A program made the translations under genes and the position numbers. This document shows, piece by piece, positions 59,840 to 64,000 of a stretch of DNA of 64,000 bases. The notes beneath the pieces were generated by a model. The model worked only from the letters and a program-made list of their open reading frames with translations. It did no database searches and had not been told where the DNA came from. The stretch comes from Eledone cirrhosa (lineage: Eukaryota), in NCBI GenBank assembly GCA_964016885.1, contig OZ024744.1, forward strand, positions 24,676,001 to 24,740,000. Direction: 5' to 3'. Position 1 is the first letter of the stretch. Each line of letters starts with the position of its first letter.

Positions 59840-60520
59840 ACGTGTGCACACATATACACACATACACACACATACATACATACACACATACACACATACA
59901 CACATACATACACCCATACACACAGACACACATACATACACACATACACGCATACACACACACAGACGCACACACAGACACACACACATACACACATAGA
60001 CACAGACACACATGCACACATACGCACATACATACACACACATATACACACATACAAACATACCCACACACACAGACAAACATGCACACATACGCATATA
60101 TACATACACACACACAGACAGACACAGACACACACAGACACACACAGACACGTGCAGACACGCGCAGACACACACACATACACACGTACACACACACAGA
60201 CACATACACACAAATACACACACATACACACACACAAAGACACACACACAGAGACATACATACGTACATACACACACACATACACACACACACATACATA
60301 CATACACACATACACACGGACACACACACACACACAGGCACACACACATACATACATACACACAGACACACCCATACATAAAGACACACACACACACAGA
60401 GACAAAGATACACACACATACATACATACACACAGACACACACATACATACATACACACACACAGACACACATACATCCGCAAAGACACATACACACACA
60501 CACAAACAGACACACATATA
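59840..60520. repeat. Degenerate (CA)n / (CAGA) / (CATA) microsatellite
   Basis: Seen directly. Confidence 0.9.
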
Positions 60521-60604
60521 TGATGTACTTTCTTGTCTATATATATTTATAGGCATATCTATGTATAAGTGCGTTATTTAATGACACGTTTGTATATGGA
60601 ACGT

Positions 60605-61955
60605 CTACGTATGTATACTATATACATATACTACGTATGTATACTACGTATGTATACTATATACGTATACAACGTATGTATACTACGTATGTATACTAGA
60701 TATGTATACTACGTATGTATACTACGTATGTATACTACGTATGTATACTACGTATGTATACTATATACGTATACTACGTATGTATAGTACGTATATATAC
60801 TACGTATGTATACTACGTATGTATAGTACGTATGTATACTACGTATGTATAATACGTATGTATACTACGTATGTATACTACGTATGTATACTACGTATGT
60901 ATACTATATACGTATACTACGTATGTATACTGTATACGTATACAACGCATGTATACTACGTATGTATACTACGTATGTATACTATATACGTATACTACGT
61001 ATGTATACTACGTATGTATACTACGTATGTATACTGTATACGTATACAACGTATGTATACTACGTATGTATACTACGTATGTATACTATATACGCATACT
61101 ACGTATGTATACTACGTATGTATACTACGTATGTATACTATATACGTATGCTACCTATGTATAGTACGTATGTATACTACGTATGTATACAACGTATGTA
61201 TACTACGTATGTATACTATATACGCATACTACGTATGTATACTACGTATGCATACTACGTATATATACTACGTATGTATACTATATACGTATACTACGTA
61301 TGTATACTACGTATGTATACTATATATGTATACTACGTATGTATACTATATATGTATACTACGTATGAACAATACGTATGTATAATACGTATGTATACTA
61401 TATATGTATACTACATATGTATACTACGTATGTATACTACGTATGTATACTACGTATGTATACAACGTACGTATACTACGTACGTATACTACGTATGTAT
61501 ACTGTATACGTATACAACGTATGTATACTACGTATGTATACTACGTATGTATACTACGTATTTATACTATATACGTATACTAAGTATGTATACTACGTAT
61601 GTATACTATATATGTATACTACGTATGAACAATACGTATGTATAATACGTATGTATACTATATATGTATACTACATATGTATACTACGTATGTATACTAC
61701 GTATGTATACTATATATGTATACTATATATGTATACTACGTAAGTATATTACGTATGTATACTACGTAAGTATACGACGTTGTATACTACGTATGTATAC
61801 TACGTATGTATACTATATATAAATACTATGTATGTATTCTACGTATGTGTACTACGTATATATACTACGTATGTATACTACGTATGTATACTATATATGT
61901 ATACTACGTATGTATACTACGTATGTATACTACGTATGTATACTACGTATGTATA
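60605..61955. repeat. 13-bp minisatellite (GTATACTACGTAT)n, ~100 units
   Basis: Unit = GTATAC + TACGTA + T. Confidence 0.92.
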
Positions 61956-62230
61956 ATATATATTTATATGTAGGCATATTTGTGTATTTGTGTGTAAATA
62001 TTTATGTATGTATGATAGATATTGGTCTCTTAGTGATAATGGCTTAATGAATGCATTGAGTGTGTAGGAAAATGATCGAAGGTTTTTTTCGACCCGATCT
62101 GTATTATAAATATATATATTTCTCCCAAATGAAACAGTTCTAGAAGCCATTTCTATATTAAATATTTATACTTTGCTATGTATTGAGTACCTTACCTACT
62201 GTGGTTACACCCGGTTGGACCCGGGATAAT

Positions 62231-62308
<78 letters not shown>

Positions 62309-62547
62309 TCTACATATTGCAGTATCTAAAGGGGAGAAAAAAGAAGAAGAAAAAGAAAGGAAGAGGGAGGGGGGCAGATACTACACCCCAGTCTTCACAG
62401 TGTCTCAACTTTATCACCAGAAATCTACTGAACCGTTCCAATAGCTCCCACCGCTACGACAATACAAATGACTTTATCATTCCACTTTTTCTTTATTAAT
62501 TCCTGCTTCTCTTCTTAAGTAATTCTATCTTTCAGTAAACACCTCCT

Positions 62548-64000
62548 CCCACACCACTGATTGGTATAAACCAATCTACCCCACCACCACCACTACAACC
62601 ACTATCACCACCACCACAACTGATTGGTATAAACAAATCTACCCCACCACCACCACTACAACCACCATCACCACCACCACTGATTGATATAAACCAATCT
62701 ACCCCACCACCACCACTACAACCACTATCACCACCACCACAACTGATTGGTATAAACCAATCTACCCCACCACCACCACTACAACCACCATCACCACCAC
62801 CACTGATTGGTATAAACCAATCTACCCCACCGCCACCACTACAACCACTATCATCACCACCACCACTGATTGGTATAAACCAATCTACCCCACCACCGCC
62901 ACTACAACCACTATCACCACCATCACCACCACCACTTATTAGTATAAACCAATCTACCCCACCACTACCACTACACCTACCACTATCACCACCACCACCA
63001 CTGATTAGTATAAACCAATCTACCCCACCACCACCACTACAACCACCACCACCACCCCCACTGATGGGTATAAACGAATCTACCCCACCACCACCGCTAC
63101 AACCACTATCACCACCACCATCACTGATTGGTATAAACCAATCTACCCCACCACCCCTACAACCACCACCACCACTGATTAGTATAAAACAATCTACGCC
63201 ACCACCACCACTACAATCACTATCACCATCACCACCACCACTAATTGGTATAAACCAATCTACCCCACCACCACCACTACAACCACTATCACCACCATCA
63301 CCACCACCACGGATTAGTATAAACCAATCTACCCCACCACCCCACTCCAACCATCAGCACCACCACCACCTCTGAATGGTATAAACCAATCTACCCCACC
63401 AGCACCACTACAACCACCACCACAACCACTGATTGGTATAAACCAATCTACGCCACCACCACCAATACAACCACCACCACCACCACTGATTGGTATAAAC
63501 CAATCTACGCCACCAACACCACTACAACCACTATCACCATCACCACCACCACTGATTGGTATAAACCAATCTACCCCACGACCACCACTACAACCACTAT
63601 CACCACCACCACCACCACTGATTGGTATAAACCAATCTACCCCACCACCACCACTACAACCACTATCACCATCACCACCACCACTGATTGGTATAAACCA
63701 ATCTACCCCACCACCACCACTACGACCACTATCACCATCACCACCACAACTGATTGGTATAAACCAATCTACCCCACCACAACCACTACAACCACTATCA
63801 CCACCACCACCACCACTACAACCACTATCACCACCACCACCACCACTGATTACTATAAACCAATCTACCTCTCCACCACCACTACAACCACTATCACCAC
63901 CACCACCACTGATTGGTATAAACCAATCTACGCCACCACCACCACTACAACCATATCACCACCACCACCACCTCCACTGATTGGTATAAACCAATCTACC
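62548..64000. repeat. ~57-69 bp minisatellite with a conserved GATTGGT-ATAA-ACCAATC hairpin and variable (CCA)n linkers; runs off the window end
   Basis: More than 20 units read directly. Confidence 0.92.

Noticed and set aside
62548-64000. CRISPR-like array or Thr-rich mucin exon (TTTDWYKPIYPTTT frame)
   Set aside because: The linkers are homologous low-complexity (CCA)n rather than unique spacers, there are no cas genes and the context is eukaryotic; the Thr frame has several stops (e.g. near 62685 and 63006).

Overview
Eukaryotic, AT-rich DNA made almost entirely of repeats. I found no host protein-coding gene. The SINE-like repeats and extreme (TA)n/(CA)n/(ATGT)n density resemble octopod cephalopod genomes (inference). 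Contents: (1) a near-intact 5.7 kb Tx1/L1-type LINE with an open 1145-codon APE-RT ORF2, in a same-orientation array of four related copies separated by (GATA)n; (2) degenerate CRE-, RTE-, CR1- and R4/Dong-type LINE fragments; (3) at least four Penelope-like element (PLE; RT + GIY-YIG) families, including two Naiad-like loci; (4) roughly 25 type I hammerhead-ribozyme motifs on both strands, in at least a dozen designs. Most hammerheads sit in short non-coding cassettes inserted in (TA)n and folded back as inverted repeats, typically with one long and one short terminus. One forms a 317-bp tandem retrozyme-like array with a compensatory U3-A8 core, and one PLE family carries a shared CAGAAGA core. 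Nearly all IYIY/CVCV/THTH ORFs in the track are microsatellite artefacts. All motifs were read by eye, so coordinates may be off by a few bases.
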